Shown here: piece by piece, positions 25,810-36,144 of the stretch | Numbering within the stretch: the first letter of the stretch is position 1 | Layout: every line of letters begins with the position of its first letter | Source: Bacteroidetes bacterium HLUCCA01 | GTDB taxonomy: Bacteria; Bacteroidota; Rhodothermia; Balneolales; HLUCCA01 | Assembly: GCA_001314545.1 (NCBI GenBank) | Contig: LIHN01000018.1 | Coordinates: forward strand, 21,084 to 85,083 | DNA: 64,000 bases | Reading direction: 5' to 3' | Made by a program: the position numbers and the translations under genes | The notes under the pieces: generated by a model | Databases searched by the model: none | What the model saw: only the letters and a program-made list of their open reading frames with translations | Told to the model about the DNA's origin: nothing

Positions 25810-27852
25810 ATGAAACGATTTTTGATGCTAACTGCGCTGATGGTGTTTGCAACCTCAGCCGCATTCTCCCAGAAATTTCACGATGAAATTGATTTTCCTG
25901 AAATCAACCGGTTTCAGATGCCCGATGTAACCACGTTTGAACTGTCCAACGGCATTCAGTTTTACCTGGTTGAGGACCCCGAACTCCCGCTTATCAATAT
26001 GACGGCGCTGGTACGGGGAGGATCCTACATGGATCCGGAAGGAAAAACAGGCCTGGCAAGTTTCACCTTCTCACAGCTTCGTAACGGCGGAACCCGCTCT
26101 ATGAGTTACGACGAGCTGAATGAACTGCTTGAAAGCAAGGCAGCCAGTATGGAGTCGGGCATGGGCCTGACCAGCGGATCGGCAAGCATGAACATTCTGA
26201 AGGAAGATTTCGATGAAATGCTACCGCTGTTCATTGAACTTATGCGACATCCTGCCTACGATGAAACCCGCTTCAATCTGGCCAAAACCCAGAGTGCATC
26301 GGCAATTTCAAGAAGAAATGACGATCCCGGCTCCATCGCCGCCCGCGAGTTCCGCCGGCTGATCTATGGCCCGGAGTCGGTTTATGGTCGCATGCAGGAA
26401 TACACCGACATCGATAACATCACCATCGATGACATGCGTGCGTTCCATGAGCAGATTATGGTAGGTCAGAACCTGAAAATTGCCGTCATCGGCGACTTCC
26501 GGACACGGGATATGCGTCGCGCCCTGCAACGCGCTTTTCGCGACTTTCCGGAAGGAACCCGAAATCCGCTGGAGCTTCCTGAAGTAGACTACACCTTCGC
26601 CCCATCGGTTCACTTTGCCAACAAAAATGATGCGCAGCAAAGCTTTATCCGCATCGGTCATATTGGCGGACTGCGCGATAACCCTGACTACGCCGCACTC
26701 CAGCTCATGAATGAAATCCTGAGTGGTGGATTTTCAGGTCGACTCTTGCAGATCATCCGTACGGATATGGGTCTTGCCTATTCGGTAGGCGGAGTCTACC
26801 AGAGTCTGACCCAATATGAAGGTACTTTCTTTGTAACCCTGTCAACGGCCAATGAGAACACGGCCGAAGCGGTTCGGGCCACCATCAACGAAATCCGACG
26901 GCTTCAGGATGAGCAGGTAACACAAAAAGAGCTCACCGATGCGCGCGACCGCATCCTGAACAGCCTGGTATTCCGATACACCAGCCGGGCTTCTGTGCTT
27001 AATGAGCGGGTTAGCAATGAATATAACGGTCTGCCTGCGGATGCGTTCAACCGATACATTGAAGAGCTGGCCGAGGTCAGCGTTGATGACATTCAGCGTG
27101 TTGCACAACGATACATCCGTCCGGACGACCTCCACGTTATGATTGTCGGCAGCCGCGAAGCGCTGGCTGACCAGCTGGCAGAACTGGGTGAATACACCGA
27201 AATCGATATCACCATTCCACGTCGGCCGGTAGCTGAAGTAGATGGCGAAGACGGCAGTGCCTACCTGCAGTCCATGAGCCAGGCGCTGATTACCGAAGGT
27301 GGAGCGCCCGGTGAGGTCAAGTATGCTGCCACCCTGAATCAAGGTGGCATGAACCTGCAGGTTGAGGCAACCATGGGATTCCCGGATGCCCTTACGCAGG
27401 TCATCCAGGCACCGCAGGGAACGGTAACCATTACCTATGCCAACGGATCGGGCAGTATGGCGATGGGACCCAATGAGCAGCCGCTTCCGGGCGCTCAGAT
27501 TGAAGCCCTGCAAAATGAGGTTGCCCGACATTATCTGAGTCTGGCAACGGCAGAAACCCAACCCGAAGCCGTTTTGGTGGGTGAAACCGAGCTGGCTGGT
27601 CAGGATGTGGTTGAGCTCTTCCTTCCTGAGCTGAATATGACACTGTTCATCAGCAAAGAGACCAACCTACCGGCCGGAACCCGTGTCAAGGAGTTCAACC
27701 CGATGGCTGGACAGGAAATAGAAATGACAACCCTGTTTTCAGATTGGACCGTGGTTGATGGTGTGGCTATGGCTTACACCAGCGAGTCGCTGATGGGTGA
27801 AAACAGTGTGGGCAAAGTGACGGTCAGTTCACATACCGTCACCCGTCCTTAA
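25810..27852 (+). CDS. M16 family peptidase, non-catalytic subunit with ~200-aa C-terminal extension
   Basis: Signal peptide; LSNGIQFYLVEDPELP; ILSGGFSGRLLQIIRTDMGLAYSV (R-Y pair); no HxxEH. Confidence 0.88.
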   Translation: MKRFLMLTALMVFATSAAFSQKFHDEIDFPEINRFQMPDVTTFELSNGIQFYLVEDPELPLINMTALVRGGSYMDPEGKTGLASFTFSQLRNGGTRSMSYDELNELLESKAASMESGMGLTSGSASMNILKEDFDEMLPLFIELMRHPAYDETRFNLAKTQSASAISRRNDDPGSIAAREFRRLIYGPESVYGRMQEYTDIDNITIDDMRAFHEQIMVGQNLKIAVIGDFRTRDMRRALQRAFRDFPEGTRNPLELPEVDYTFAPSVHFANKNDAQQSFIRIGHIGGLRDNPDYAALQLMNEILSGGFSGRLLQIIRTDMGLAYSVGGVYQSLTQYEGTFFVTLSTANENTAEAVRATINEIRRLQDEQVTQKELTDARDRILNSLVFRYTSRASVLNERVSNEYNGLPADAFNRYIEELAEVSVDDIQRVAQRYIRPDDLHVMIVGSREALADQLAELGEYTEIDITIPRRPVAEVDGEDGSAYLQSMSQALITEGGAPGEVKYAATLNQGGMNLQVEATMGFPDALTQVIQAPQGTVTITYANGSGSMAMGPNEQPLPGAQIEALQNEVARHYLSLATAETQPEAVLVGETELAGQDVVELFLPELNMTLFISKETNLPAGTRVKEFNPMAGQEIEMTTLFSDWTVVDGVAMAYTSESLMGENSVGKVTVSSHTVTRP

Positions 27853-27956
27853 TCACGGAGGTTGCCGGGGGGGCAACCGGACCTCCCCGCATTGCAGCCA
27901 ATCCGGGTTTCGTGTCAGCTGAAGCCGGCATTGGGCAATGGGCCACGCCCGGACAT

Positions 27957-27993
27957 AAAGAAGGCCTGTTACCGACGGTAACAGGCCTTCTTT
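27957..27993. terminator. Bidirectional intrinsic terminator between the convergent M16 peptidase and pyrC genes
   Basis: Perfect 17-bp inverted repeat AAAGAAGGCCTGTTACC-GAC-GGTAACAGGCCTTCTTT. Confidence 0.85.
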
Positions 27994-28023
27994 CGTTTAA
28001 TGCTGATGAGACGGACCGGTATG

Positions 28024-29316
28024 TCAATCGTTGCGTACCAGCTGTCCTTTATTGAACACCGCAAGGGCCTTGCCGTGCATCATGGTTCCGGTGTACGGTG
28101 TATTGACCGACTTGCTGCGGATGTGATCTGCGGTAAACTCCCATCGGGCATCCGTATTGAAAATCGTCAGATTGGCACGGGCTCCCAAAGCAACTTCGGG
28201 CACGTTCAGCCGGAGAATTTCCCGTGGTTTAACACACAATTTATCAATGAGCTGGTTGAGGCTCAGCGCTCCCGAATCCAGCAACCGCCGAACGCTCACT
28301 CCCCAGGCAGTTTCCAGCCCCAAAATGCCATTGGGTGCGTAAATAAACTCCACTTCCTTTTCTTCAACGGCATGGGGAGCATGATCGGTACAAATTACAT
28401 CAATAGTACCATCGGCCAGCCCTTCAATCATCGCCTGAACGTCATCCGCCGTACGCAGCGGAGGGTGCATTTTGCAGTTGGTATCAAAGTGACGCCTTTC
28501 AATTTCTTCTTCGGTCAGATCGAAGTGGTGCGGACACACTTCGGTAGTCACAGGGATGCCCTTCTTTTTGGCCTGCCGCACGAGGTCGACCCCGTTACGG
28601 GTACTGATATGCGCAACATGTACATGTCCGCCAGTCAGCTCAGCCAGCAAAATATCCCGGGCAATCATGACTTCCTCGGCAATAGACGGTGTGCCGGCCA
28701 GACCGAGCCGGGTGGCGACCCTTCCTTCATGCATGTGGCCCGGGCGCGACAAGGCCAGGTCTTCCTCGTGATTTATAATAGGCATATCAAGCATCGATGC
28801 GTAATCAAGGGCAATCCGCATGAGCTTGGAGTCGAACACCGGATCACCGTCATCGCTGAAGGCCACAGCACCGCCTTCTTTGAGGTCTGCCATTTCGGTA
28901 ATGGAATGCCCTTTTCGCTCTTTGGAAACACAGGCTATGGGATACACATCCACCGGCAGGGCCGCGGCTTTTTTGATAATGTACTCAACCACATCGCGGG
29001 TGTGAATGGGCGGATTGGTATTCGGCATGCAGGCAACTGCCGTAAAGCCCCCGAAGGCCGCCGCGCTGCATCCCGATTCGATGGTTTCCTTGTGCTCAAA
29101 ACCCGGCTCGCGAAGGTGCACGTGCATGTCCATCCATCCCCCGGAGACATAGGCTCCGCTGAAATTGTGAACTTCTTCATCCGGGGCAGGCTGCAGTGAT
29201 GAGGCGATTTCGGTGATAATTCCATCGACAATGCGAATGTCAACGGGAGACGTTGCTGTTGTTGCCGCATCTACGGGCAGCAGGTTCTGAAGCAGGACGC
29301 GGGAAGGCACAGACAT
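28024..29316 (-). CDS. pyrC: Dihydroorotase (type I)
   Basis: DMHVHLREPG, MPNTNPP, AFSDDG, TDHAPH, PNGILGLET. Confidence 0.95.
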   Translation of the reverse strand: MSVPSRVLLQNLLPVDAATTATSPVDIRIVDGIITEIASSLQPAPDEEVHNFSGAYVSGGWMDMHVHLREPGFEHKETIESGCSAAAFGGFTAVACMPNTNPPIHTRDVVEYIIKKAAALPVDVYPIACVSKERKGHSITEMADLKEGGAVAFSDDGDPVFDSKLMRIALDYASMLDMPIINHEEDLALSRPGHMHEGRVATRLGLAGTPSIAEEVMIARDILLAELTGGHVHVAHISTRNGVDLVRQAKKKGIPVTTEVCPHHFDLTEEEIERRHFDTNCKMHPPLRTADDVQAMIEGLADGTIDVICTDHAPHAVEEKEVEFIYAPNGILGLETAWGVSVRRLLDSGALSLNQLIDKLCVKPREILRLNVPEVALGARANLTIFNTDARWEFTADHIRSKSVNTPYTGTMMHGKALAVFNKGQLVRND

Positions 29317-29389
29317 GGTTCAGTAAATTTGTCCGGATTGCATTCCGGAGCGGTGAAAATCTGTTTTTTTCGAGAGAAAATGAGCGGTT

Positions 29390-30787
29390 ATGATTACCTT
29401 CGAAGATATGCGAAAACCCAGTGAAATACCAAGCGTCAGCGCCTTTACCCGACAGATAAAGGACCTGCTGGAAGGTACCTTTTCAGCCATTACAGTTGGC
29501 GGAGAAGTCAGTCAGCCGGTGCGCAGCCGTAACGGACACCTGTACTTCACCCTCAAAGATGAAGGAGCGCAGATTTCCTGCGTTGTCTGGAGAAGTACGC
29601 TTGAGCGAATGCGGGCCGACCTGCAGCATGGTCAGCAAATCAATGTACACGGTGATGTGGTTGTATATGCACCCGCCGGCCGGTATCAGATTGTGGTCCG
29701 CAGTATTGAACAGGCTGGCGAAGGTGCCCTGCAAGCCGCTTTTGAACGACTCAAAGCTCGCCTGGCGTCTGAAGGGTTGTTCGAACCGCAGCGAAAACGC
29801 GCGCTTCCGGAGTTTCCGAAGGTCATCGGGGTGGTAACCTCCGAATCCGGTGCCGCCTTTCAGGATATCCGCTCTACCTTGCAGCGACGTTATCCCCTGG
29901 CCCGGGTTCTGCTCTACCATGCCGCAGTTCAGGGTGTGGGAGCTGCGGCTCAGATTGTACAGGGAATCCAATGGTTTTCCGGGCATCGCAATCCGCCTGA
30001 TGTGCTCATTGTAGGTCGCGGAGGCGGGTCACTGGAAGACTTGTGGCCCTTTAATGAGGAAGCCGTAGCACGGGCTATTGCCGGGTGTACCATTCCGGTG
30101 GTCAGTGCGGTTGGACACGAAACCGATTTCAGTATTGCTGACTTCGTGGCTGACGTACGCGCCGCCACACCAACCCAGGCAGCCGTTCTGGTGTGCCCGG
30201 ACGTGCAGGACCTGAAATTTCAGAACGAAGCGTTGTCGGCCCGCGCTGAGCGGTCTGTCAGGCAACGGGTAATCAGCGGCAATGAAACCATCCGGAAAAT
30301 GGTTAAAACACACGCACTGCTGGCAATCCGCGACAAGTTGACGGTCAACCGGGAACGCATTAAACGGTATCGCGACCAGATTACAGGTTCAGTTACCCGC
30401 CAGCTGCAGACATCCACAGATCGGCTCGAACGCGCAGGTTTGACCCTGAAACCCACCCTGCAAGCCCGCATTACCAGGCTCAATGAAAACCTTACAGGCA
30501 AACAACGCGCCCTGAAACCAGCGGTATCCATGCAGTTGATTCGCGGACAGCAGTCCCTTATGAAATGGTCGGCCATGGCAGCTCCCCTGGTGCAATCCGG
30601 CAGGCAACAACGGTTCAACGCCTGGCAAAATCTTCATTACCGCCTGGGCGCATTGAACCCGACGGAACCCCTCGAGCGGGGCTTTGCACGCATTATGCAG
30701 GGCGATCAATGGATTCGCCGCAGAGAAGCGCTGAACGAGAACGAACCGTTGACCGTTGAGTGGAAAGACGGTCGTATCCGTCGGTGA
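29390..30787 (+). CDS. xseA: Exodeoxyribonuclease VII large subunit
   Basis: GHLYFTLKD, IGVVTSESGAAFQDI, GRGGGSLEDLWPFNEE, SAVGHETDF, RAATPTQAA. Confidence 0.96.
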   Translation: MITFEDMRKPSEIPSVSAFTRQIKDLLEGTFSAITVGGEVSQPVRSRNGHLYFTLKDEGAQISCVVWRSTLERMRADLQHGQQINVHGDVVVYAPAGRYQIVVRSIEQAGEGALQAAFERLKARLASEGLFEPQRKRALPEFPKVIGVVTSESGAAFQDIRSTLQRRYPLARVLLYHAAVQGVGAAAQIVQGIQWFSGHRNPPDVLIVGRGGGSLEDLWPFNEEAVARAIAGCTIPVVSAVGHETDFSIADFVADVRAATPTQAAVLVCPDVQDLKFQNEALSARAERSVRQRVISGNETIRKMVKTHALLAIRDKLTVNRERIKRYRDQITGSVTRQLQTSTDRLERAGLTLKPTLQARITRLNENLTGKQRALKPAVSMQLIRGQQSLMKWSAMAAPLVQSGRQQRFNAWQNLHYRLGALNPTEPLERGFARIMQGDQWIRRREALNENEPLTVEWKDGRIRR

Positions 30788-30970
30788 CCTACCCCTGGTA
30801 AGCCTGCCCACCTGCAAGACGGCCGCATTCCGGGCTGTACTGCAGTCACCAGGCTCACAATCGCGCAGCTCCGGACTTGCTGAAAATGGCATGAATCAAC
30901 AGCAACCGGTGTTAAGCCGAAACGATCTGCCTCGCCCAATTTGTCAATAATCACTTCAAATCACATCTGA

Positions 30971-32155
30971 ATGTCTCTGTCAACCGACCTGTTCAGCCGG
31001 AGTCTGGCCCGGCACTACAGCCACTTCGACGTTGAAAACCGCCTTCTGTTCACGGGTCACTCTCACCAGGCCTGGCCGGATGCAGCCCTCGAAGGCCTTA
31101 TCGAGTCGTTTGATGCAGCGGCCCGTGCTGTAGATACCAAGTGGGATATCGTTTTTGAAAAAGTTGACATCATGCGCCAGTATCTCAAAGACTTCTACGA
31201 CGACCCTTACGGATTATACACGCATGGCGAAAACACCCATAATCTGTTTGTACGATGGTTGTCCGGACTGGATGTGACCCGCAAAAAGACCATCGTGATT
31301 ACAGACACCGAATTTTACAGCATAGCGCGACAAATGGATCGCCTTCAGGAGGAGGGTTTTACCATCAAAAAAGTACCGGCACTTCCGCTGAACGGATTCG
31401 CATCCCGACTGGAAGCGGCGCTTGACGATGACACCCTGGCCGTGATGCTCTCCAGGGTGTATTTCGAGACGGGATTAATCAACCCGGAGCTTACGCAGAG
31501 TGCATCGGTATGCAGGGAGGCGGGTATTCCGCTCATGATAGACGACTATCACGGGACCAATGTGGTTCCGTTGTCGCTGCGCGAAGCCGGTCTTCAAGAC
31601 GCCTTTGTGTTGATCGGCGGCTACAAGTATCTGCAGTGGGGCGAGGGGAACTGCTTTTTGCGCTTCCCCGCTGACTCGATCATGCGACCGGTCATAACCG
31701 GATGGTTTTCGGGGTTTTCCAGCCTGCGGGAAGGTCGTGCTTCCGGCAGGGTTTCCTATGACGATGCAGACCTGCGCTTTGCCGGAGCGACCTTCGACGG
31801 AGCTTCCGCTTTCAGAGGAGCTGCTGTGGTTGATTTTTTCCGCTCGCAGGGTCTTACACCGACGCTGCTGCGACATTTGTACCTGGAACATACCGCATAT
31901 ATGAAGCGGCGGTTTCTGAGTCTGCACCTGGACCCGGGGGTGCTGCAGCTGACGCACCCATATCCTGTAACCGCAAACGGAGGCTTTTTATCGCTGCGAG
32001 GGCCGCGGGCACAGCAAATCTGGGAAGCTCTCAGGCAGGAAGGAGTACTCACCGATTGCAGGGGGGACCTGCTGCGGTTCGGGTCGGCGCCCTACATGGT
32101 TTCTTCCCAGATAGACGAGGCTTTTGGGATTCTGGGTAAGGTGGCCGGAGGCTGA
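30971..32155 (+). CDS. Kynureninase-like PLP-dependent enzyme (class V fold)
   Basis: TGHSHQ, IDDYH, GGYKYLQWGEG (PLP lysine), PVITGWF, DCRGDLLRFG. Confidence 0.75.
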   Translation: MSLSTDLFSRSLARHYSHFDVENRLLFTGHSHQAWPDAALEGLIESFDAAARAVDTKWDIVFEKVDIMRQYLKDFYDDPYGLYTHGENTHNLFVRWLSGLDVTRKKTIVITDTEFYSIARQMDRLQEEGFTIKKVPALPLNGFASRLEAALDDDTLAVMLSRVYFETGLINPELTQSASVCREAGIPLMIDDYHGTNVVPLSLREAGLQDAFVLIGGYKYLQWGEGNCFLRFPADSIMRPVITGWFSGFSSLREGRASGRVSYDDADLRFAGATFDGASAFRGAAVVDFFRSQGLTPTLLRHLYLEHTAYMKRRFLSLHLDPGVLQLTHPYPVTANGGFLSLRGPRAQQIWEALRQEGVLTDCRGDLLRFGSAPYMVSSQIDEAFGILGKVAGG

Positions 32156-32239
32156 CCGGACCAGGTTACGGCTCTTCCGGGTAAGGCGGCCGGAGGCTGA
32201 CCGGACCAGGTCACGGCTCTTCCGGGTTAGGTGGCCGGA
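32134..32239. repeat. 45-bp tandem repeat (~2.4 copies) that includes the 3' end and stop codon of the kynureninase-like gene
   Basis: GGGTAAGG(T/C)GGCCGGAGGCTGACCGGACCAGGT(T/C)ACGGCTCTTCC at 32134 and 32179, partial copy at 32224. Confidence 0.9.
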
Positions 32240-32331
32240 AACTTTCGTTGTGAAATTTGTGCAGAAAAATGAAATAAATCCGCTTGCAGACACTCAATAC
32301 TATATAGGTTGGATTAAGTGAAAATAAACGC

Positions 32332-32366
32332 TTGACAACTTAATTTTTATACATATTTTACACATA
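32332..32366 (+). promoter_or_regulatory. Putative recA sigma70 promoter overlapped by an 11-bp tandem repeat
   Basis: TTGACA (32332-32337), 16 bp, TATTTT (32354-32359); TTTTATACATA/TTTTACACATA at 32345-32366. Confidence 0.5.
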
Positions 32367-32396
32367 TAACAAAATAACCTTAACTACTCAGATTTT

Positions 32397-33467
32397 ATGG
32401 CAAATGTTAACGGGAATCCCGACAGACTGAAAGCAATTGAGCTGGCCCTCGGGCAGATTGAAAAACAGCATGGCAAGGGTACCATTATGCGGCTGGGCGA
32501 CCGGCCGGTGGTTCAGGTAGATACGATATCAACCGGGTCCATGGCAATTGACTACTGCCTGGGTGTGGGCGGAGTACCACGTGGCAGGATCATCGAAATT
32601 TACGGTCCGGAGTCCAGTGGTAAAACGACCATGGCGCTGCATGTAATTGCCGAAGCGCAAAAAGCCGGTGGTCACGCAGCATTTATCGATGCTGAGCACG
32701 CATTTGATGCCAAATATGCCAAAAATCTGGGTATCAACACCGATGAAATGCTTATTTCCCAGCCCGACAGCGGAGAGCAGGCACTTGAAATTGCCGAGGC
32801 ATTGATCCGGTCGGGCGCCCTTGATGTGGTAGTCATTGACTCGGTTGCGGCTCTGGTCCCCCGTGCTGAACTGGAGGGTGAAATGGGTGATTCCCATGTG
32901 GGTTTGCAGGCGCGGTTGATGTCGCAGGCACTTCGAAAGCTCACCGGTGTAGTTAACAAAACACGAACGGCCGTTATTTTTATCAACCAGATTCGTGAGA
33001 AAATCGGGGTTATGTTCGGCAGTCCGGAAACAACGACCGGTGGCCGTGCACTGAAATTTTACTCTTCGGTTCGAATGGATATACGGCGTATTGGTGCCAT
33101 TAAAAAGGGCGATGAAGTCATCGGTAACCGAACCAAGATTAAGATTGTCAAGAATAAGGTGGCTCCTCCATTCAGGGAAGCTGAGTTTAATATCATGTAC
33201 GGTAAAGGGGTTTCCCGAATAGCCGAATTGCTTGATATGGCAGTAGATCTGGAAATTATCGAAAAACGAGGAAGCTGGTATCGTTACGAGGGTGAACCGA
33301 TAGGACAAGGGGCCGATTCCGCTATGCAATTCCTGGAGGAGGATCCCGAACTCAATAAGAAGATCGAAGGCATGGTTCGGGCACACCTGTTCCCCGACCT
33401 TGCGGAGATCGCTGCAGAAGACGGCAAAGAGTCGAAGAAAGAAAAAAACGTTGAAGCGAAAGCCTAA
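32397..33467 (+). CDS. recA: Recombinase A
   Basis: GPESSGKTT Walker [33 protein letters not shown]. Confidence 0.99.
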   Translation: MANVNGNPDRLKAIELALGQIEKQHGKGTIMRLGDRPVVQVDTISTGSMAIDYCLGVGGVPRGRIIEIYGPESSGKTTMALHVIAEAQKAGGHAAFIDAEHAFDAKYAKNLGINTDEMLISQPDSGEQALEIAEALIRSGALDVVVIDSVAALVPRAELEGEMGDSHVGLQARLMSQALRKLTGVVNKTRTAVIFINQIREKIGVMFGSPETTTGGRALKFYSSVRMDIRRIGAIKKGDEVIGNRTKIKIVKNKVAPPFREAEFNIMYGKGVSRIAELLDMAVDLEIIEKRGSWYRYEGEPIGQGADSAMQFLEEDPELNKKIEGMVRAHLFPDLAEIAAEDGKESKKEKNVEAKA

Positions 33468-34158
33468 AGCTCAACTTTTTGATGATGATGACAGGCAGGA
33501 GATCCTGGATCTTCTGCCTGTCGCTGTTTCGGAAATTCGTGTACAGATCCGGGATGCAACCCGTGTATCTGTCTTTGCCAATGATGACTTCCTGCTGGGC
33601 CTGCCGGTCCATGTTTGTAATCGCCTCGGCCTGGTCAAAGGCTGCATCATTGATACCCACCTGTTCAGGCAAATTGAGGGTGAAGTGCAACGGGACGCCA
33701 TTCGCTCCTGGCTGCTGGGCTTGCTGGCTAAAAAACCATATGCCCGGTCGCAACTCGTCCGAAAGTGTCGAGAGGCCGGATATGACATGCAGGTCACCGA
33801 TGCAATTCTTGACGACTTTGCTTCCAGAAAGTGGATTGACGATGAGGCCTTTGCCAGCAGCTTCGCCCGCGACAAGGCAACGTTTCAGCGTTGGGGTCCG
33901 GCAAAAATCAGGCAACAACTGCGTTTACTGGGAATACCGGACCGTGTAGCAGAGGATGCCGTAAAACAGAATCTTCCTGCAGAAGACCAGCGCGTAGTGA
34001 TACGGAATCTGGTAATGAAACGAAAGCTGCATTTTTTGCGCGAGGAAAATCCCCAAAAAAGAAAGAAAAAAATCGTTGATTACCTCCTGCGAAAAGGATA
34101 TGATGCAGATAATATTTTCGGTAGTATTGATGCCGTCATTCGCGAACTGAACACATGA
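33451..34158 (+). CDS. recX: Regulatory protein RecX
   Basis: Follows recA; [26 protein letters not shown]; TTG start at 33451 preferred over 33400. Confidence 0.88.
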   Translation: MKRKPKAQLFDDDDRQEILDLLPVAVSEIRVQIRDATRVSVFANDDFLLGLPVHVCNRLGLVKGCIIDTHLFRQIEGEVQRDAIRSWLLGLLAKKPYARSQLVRKCREAGYDMQVTDAILDDFASRKWIDDEAFASSFARDKATFQRWGPAKIRQQLRLLGIPDRVAEDAVKQNLPAEDQRVVIRNLVMKRKLHFLREENPQKRKKKIVDYLLRKGYDADNIFGSIDAVIRELNT

Positions 34159-35219
34159 GAAAATTTACAGTTGAAGGTTTCTTCAGGGGCTTGCTGATAC
34201 TGATTGTACTGGTTCTGGTAGGGCTGGTCCTGTATCGCTTTTCAACCCTGGTGGGCTATGTCCTGATCGCTCTGGTATTCTCGTATTTATTCGGTCCCAT
34301 CGTCAATCGAATGGAAGTAGCGGGATTCAGGAGAACCACGGCCGTAACCCTGGTAGTATTGTCGTTTGTATTATTGCTGGTTTGGGCATCCACTTCTCTG
34401 GCTCCGACCATTGGCAGTCAGGTCCTTTTGCTGGCATCTCAGCTGAATGCCGAAACCATCAACAACATTGCCATTCAGGTTGAAACCGAGCTTTTATTCC
34501 GGATTCCATTTATTGCCGAAGGACAAATAACTGAATTCATCAACAACCTGTCCTATCGCATCTTTGACACAGGGAATTTTCAGTCAACAATAACCAACCT
34601 GTTCGGTATATTCGCCAATATATTCACCGCAGCGCTTATCATACCCTTTGCAACGTTCTTCTTTCTTAAAGATGGCAGCAAACTGCGCAGACAAATATTG
34701 GAGCTTGTACCCAATAAATTCTTTGAAACTACGCTCACCATCATCAATAAAATTGAAACCCGGTTGATTCTGTACTTTAAAGGGGTACTTATACAATCAA
34801 CTCTGGTAGGTCTGATTTCATGGTTGCTGCTCTCAGCTATCGGATTAAAAAACGCACTGGTCATCGGGGCCGCAGTGGGCATTGCCAACACCATCCCCTA
34901 CTTCGGTCCGATTATCGGTTACACCCTGTCACTGATCGTAGCAATTTTCGAGACCGGAGATTTCAGCCTGGTACCCTACGCGCTAGGCGCTATTGCCATA
35001 GCTCAGCTTGTTGACAACCTCGTACTGCAACCCCTCATCTTTAGCAAATCCTCCGGCTACCACCCTGTTTACGTCCTTTTGATTATACTCGTGGGTGCCG
35101 AAATGGCGGGTCTGCTAGGCATGCTCGTGGCCATACCGGTTGCCACCATACTCAAAATCACCTTCACCGAAATTAACTGGAGCCTGAATAACTACCATGT
35201 TTTCAAGTCAGACAGCTAA
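34155..35219 (+). CDS. AI-2E family (PerM/UPF0118) transporter
   Basis: Multiple TM segments; FFFLKDG, NTIPYFGP, DNLVLQPLI, GLLGMLVAIP. Confidence 0.9.
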   Translation: MRKFTVEGFFRGLLILIVLVLVGLVLYRFSTLVGYVLIALVFSYLFGPIVNRMEVAGFRRTTAVTLVVLSFVLLLVWASTSLAPTIGSQVLLLASQLNAETINNIAIQVETELLFRIPFIAEGQITEFINNLSYRIFDTGNFQSTITNLFGIFANIFTAALIIPFATFFFLKDGSKLRRQILELVPNKFFETTLTIINKIETRLILYFKGVLIQSTLVGLISWLLLSAIGLKNALVIGAAVGIANTIPYFGPIIGYTLSLIVAIFETGDFSLVPYALGAIAIAQLVDNLVLQPLIFSKSSGYHPVYVLLIILVGAEMAGLLGMLVAIPVATILKITFTEINWSLNNYHVFKSDS

Positions 35220-36144
35220 GCTCATCAAGCCCAAACCACTACCCAAAAAAGGAACCATCGCCGTAACCGCCCCGGCCACCACACCGGACGCATCACAGCT
35301 GAATCTGGGCGTATCCTACCTCGAAAAGCTTGGCTATTCGGTGATTGTCGGGGAAACCTGCAGTTCAACATTAAACTATCTGGCTGGTGACGATGAACTC
35401 AGGGCCCGTGAACTTACCGGGTTCTTCGCTGACCCCGCCGTTGATGCCATATTCTGCGCCCGAGGCGGTTACGGAGGAATGCATCTGCTGCCACTGCTTG
35501 ATTTCAACGTGATTGCTAAGAATCCCAAACTTTTTATCGGTTTCAGCGATATTACCTCACTGCAATGGGCTATTTTAGCCAAGTGCAACATGGTTACAAT
35601 TTCAGGAGGAATGGTGGCCTCCGATATGGGATACACTGACATCGACCCCGTATTCGAGTCGAAATTCTGGGACCTTCTGGATACCGGACTCATCGACATC
35701 TCCCTGCCCGGTCAGCATGAACAGCCCAAACGCTACGTGGAAGGAACGTTGCTTCCGGGAACACTGGCCGTAGCTGCCAAACAAATGGCCTCACCCTACT
35801 TTCCTGACCTTACCGACCGGATTCTGGTCTTTGAAGATGTGGATGAACCCATGCACAAAGTTGAAGGCTACCTGAGACAATTTGCACTCTATGGAGCGTA
35901 CCAAAAAGCGGCCGGCGTCATACTGGGCGAATTCAGCAAGCCCAAAGCAGAGGCAAACGATGACGTTCCGAGCCTTGAAACCATTTTTAAGCGTGTTTTC
36001 GATGCCTACGAATTTCCCTACGCCACGGGACTGAACTACGGTCACATCGATGCGAAAATTTCCCTGCCCGTTGGTGTACCGGTATCCGTATCTTACGGTC
36101 CAGTCACCACCGTAAGATCCACCGGCTCTATCTTCGAAAATTGA
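35197..36144 (+). CDS. LD-carboxypeptidase (peptidase S66)
   Basis: LAGDDELRA, CARGGYG, GFSDIT (catalytic Ser), FEDV, YGH. Confidence 0.92.
   Translation: MFSSQTAKLIKPKPLPKKGTIAVTAPATTPDASQLNLGVSYLEKLGYSVIVGETCSSTLNYLAGDDELRARELTGFFADPAVDAIFCARGGYGGMHLLPLLDFNVIAKNPKLFIGFSDITSLQWAILAKCNMVTISGGMVASDMGYTDIDPVFESKFWDLLDTGLIDISLPGQHEQPKRYVEGTLLPGTLAVAAKQMASPYFPDLTDRILVFEDVDEPMHKVEGYLRQFALYGAYQKAAGVILGEFSKPKAEANDDVPSLETIFKRVFDAYEFPYATGLNYGHIDAKISLPVGVPVSVSYGPVTTVRSTGSIFEN

Noticed and set aside
28000-29199. 399-aa plus-strand ORF (also 32529..33386 minus, 22431..23201 plus, 55027..55872 plus)
   Set aside because: Antisense to the clearly identified pyrC, recA, accD and mltD-like genes
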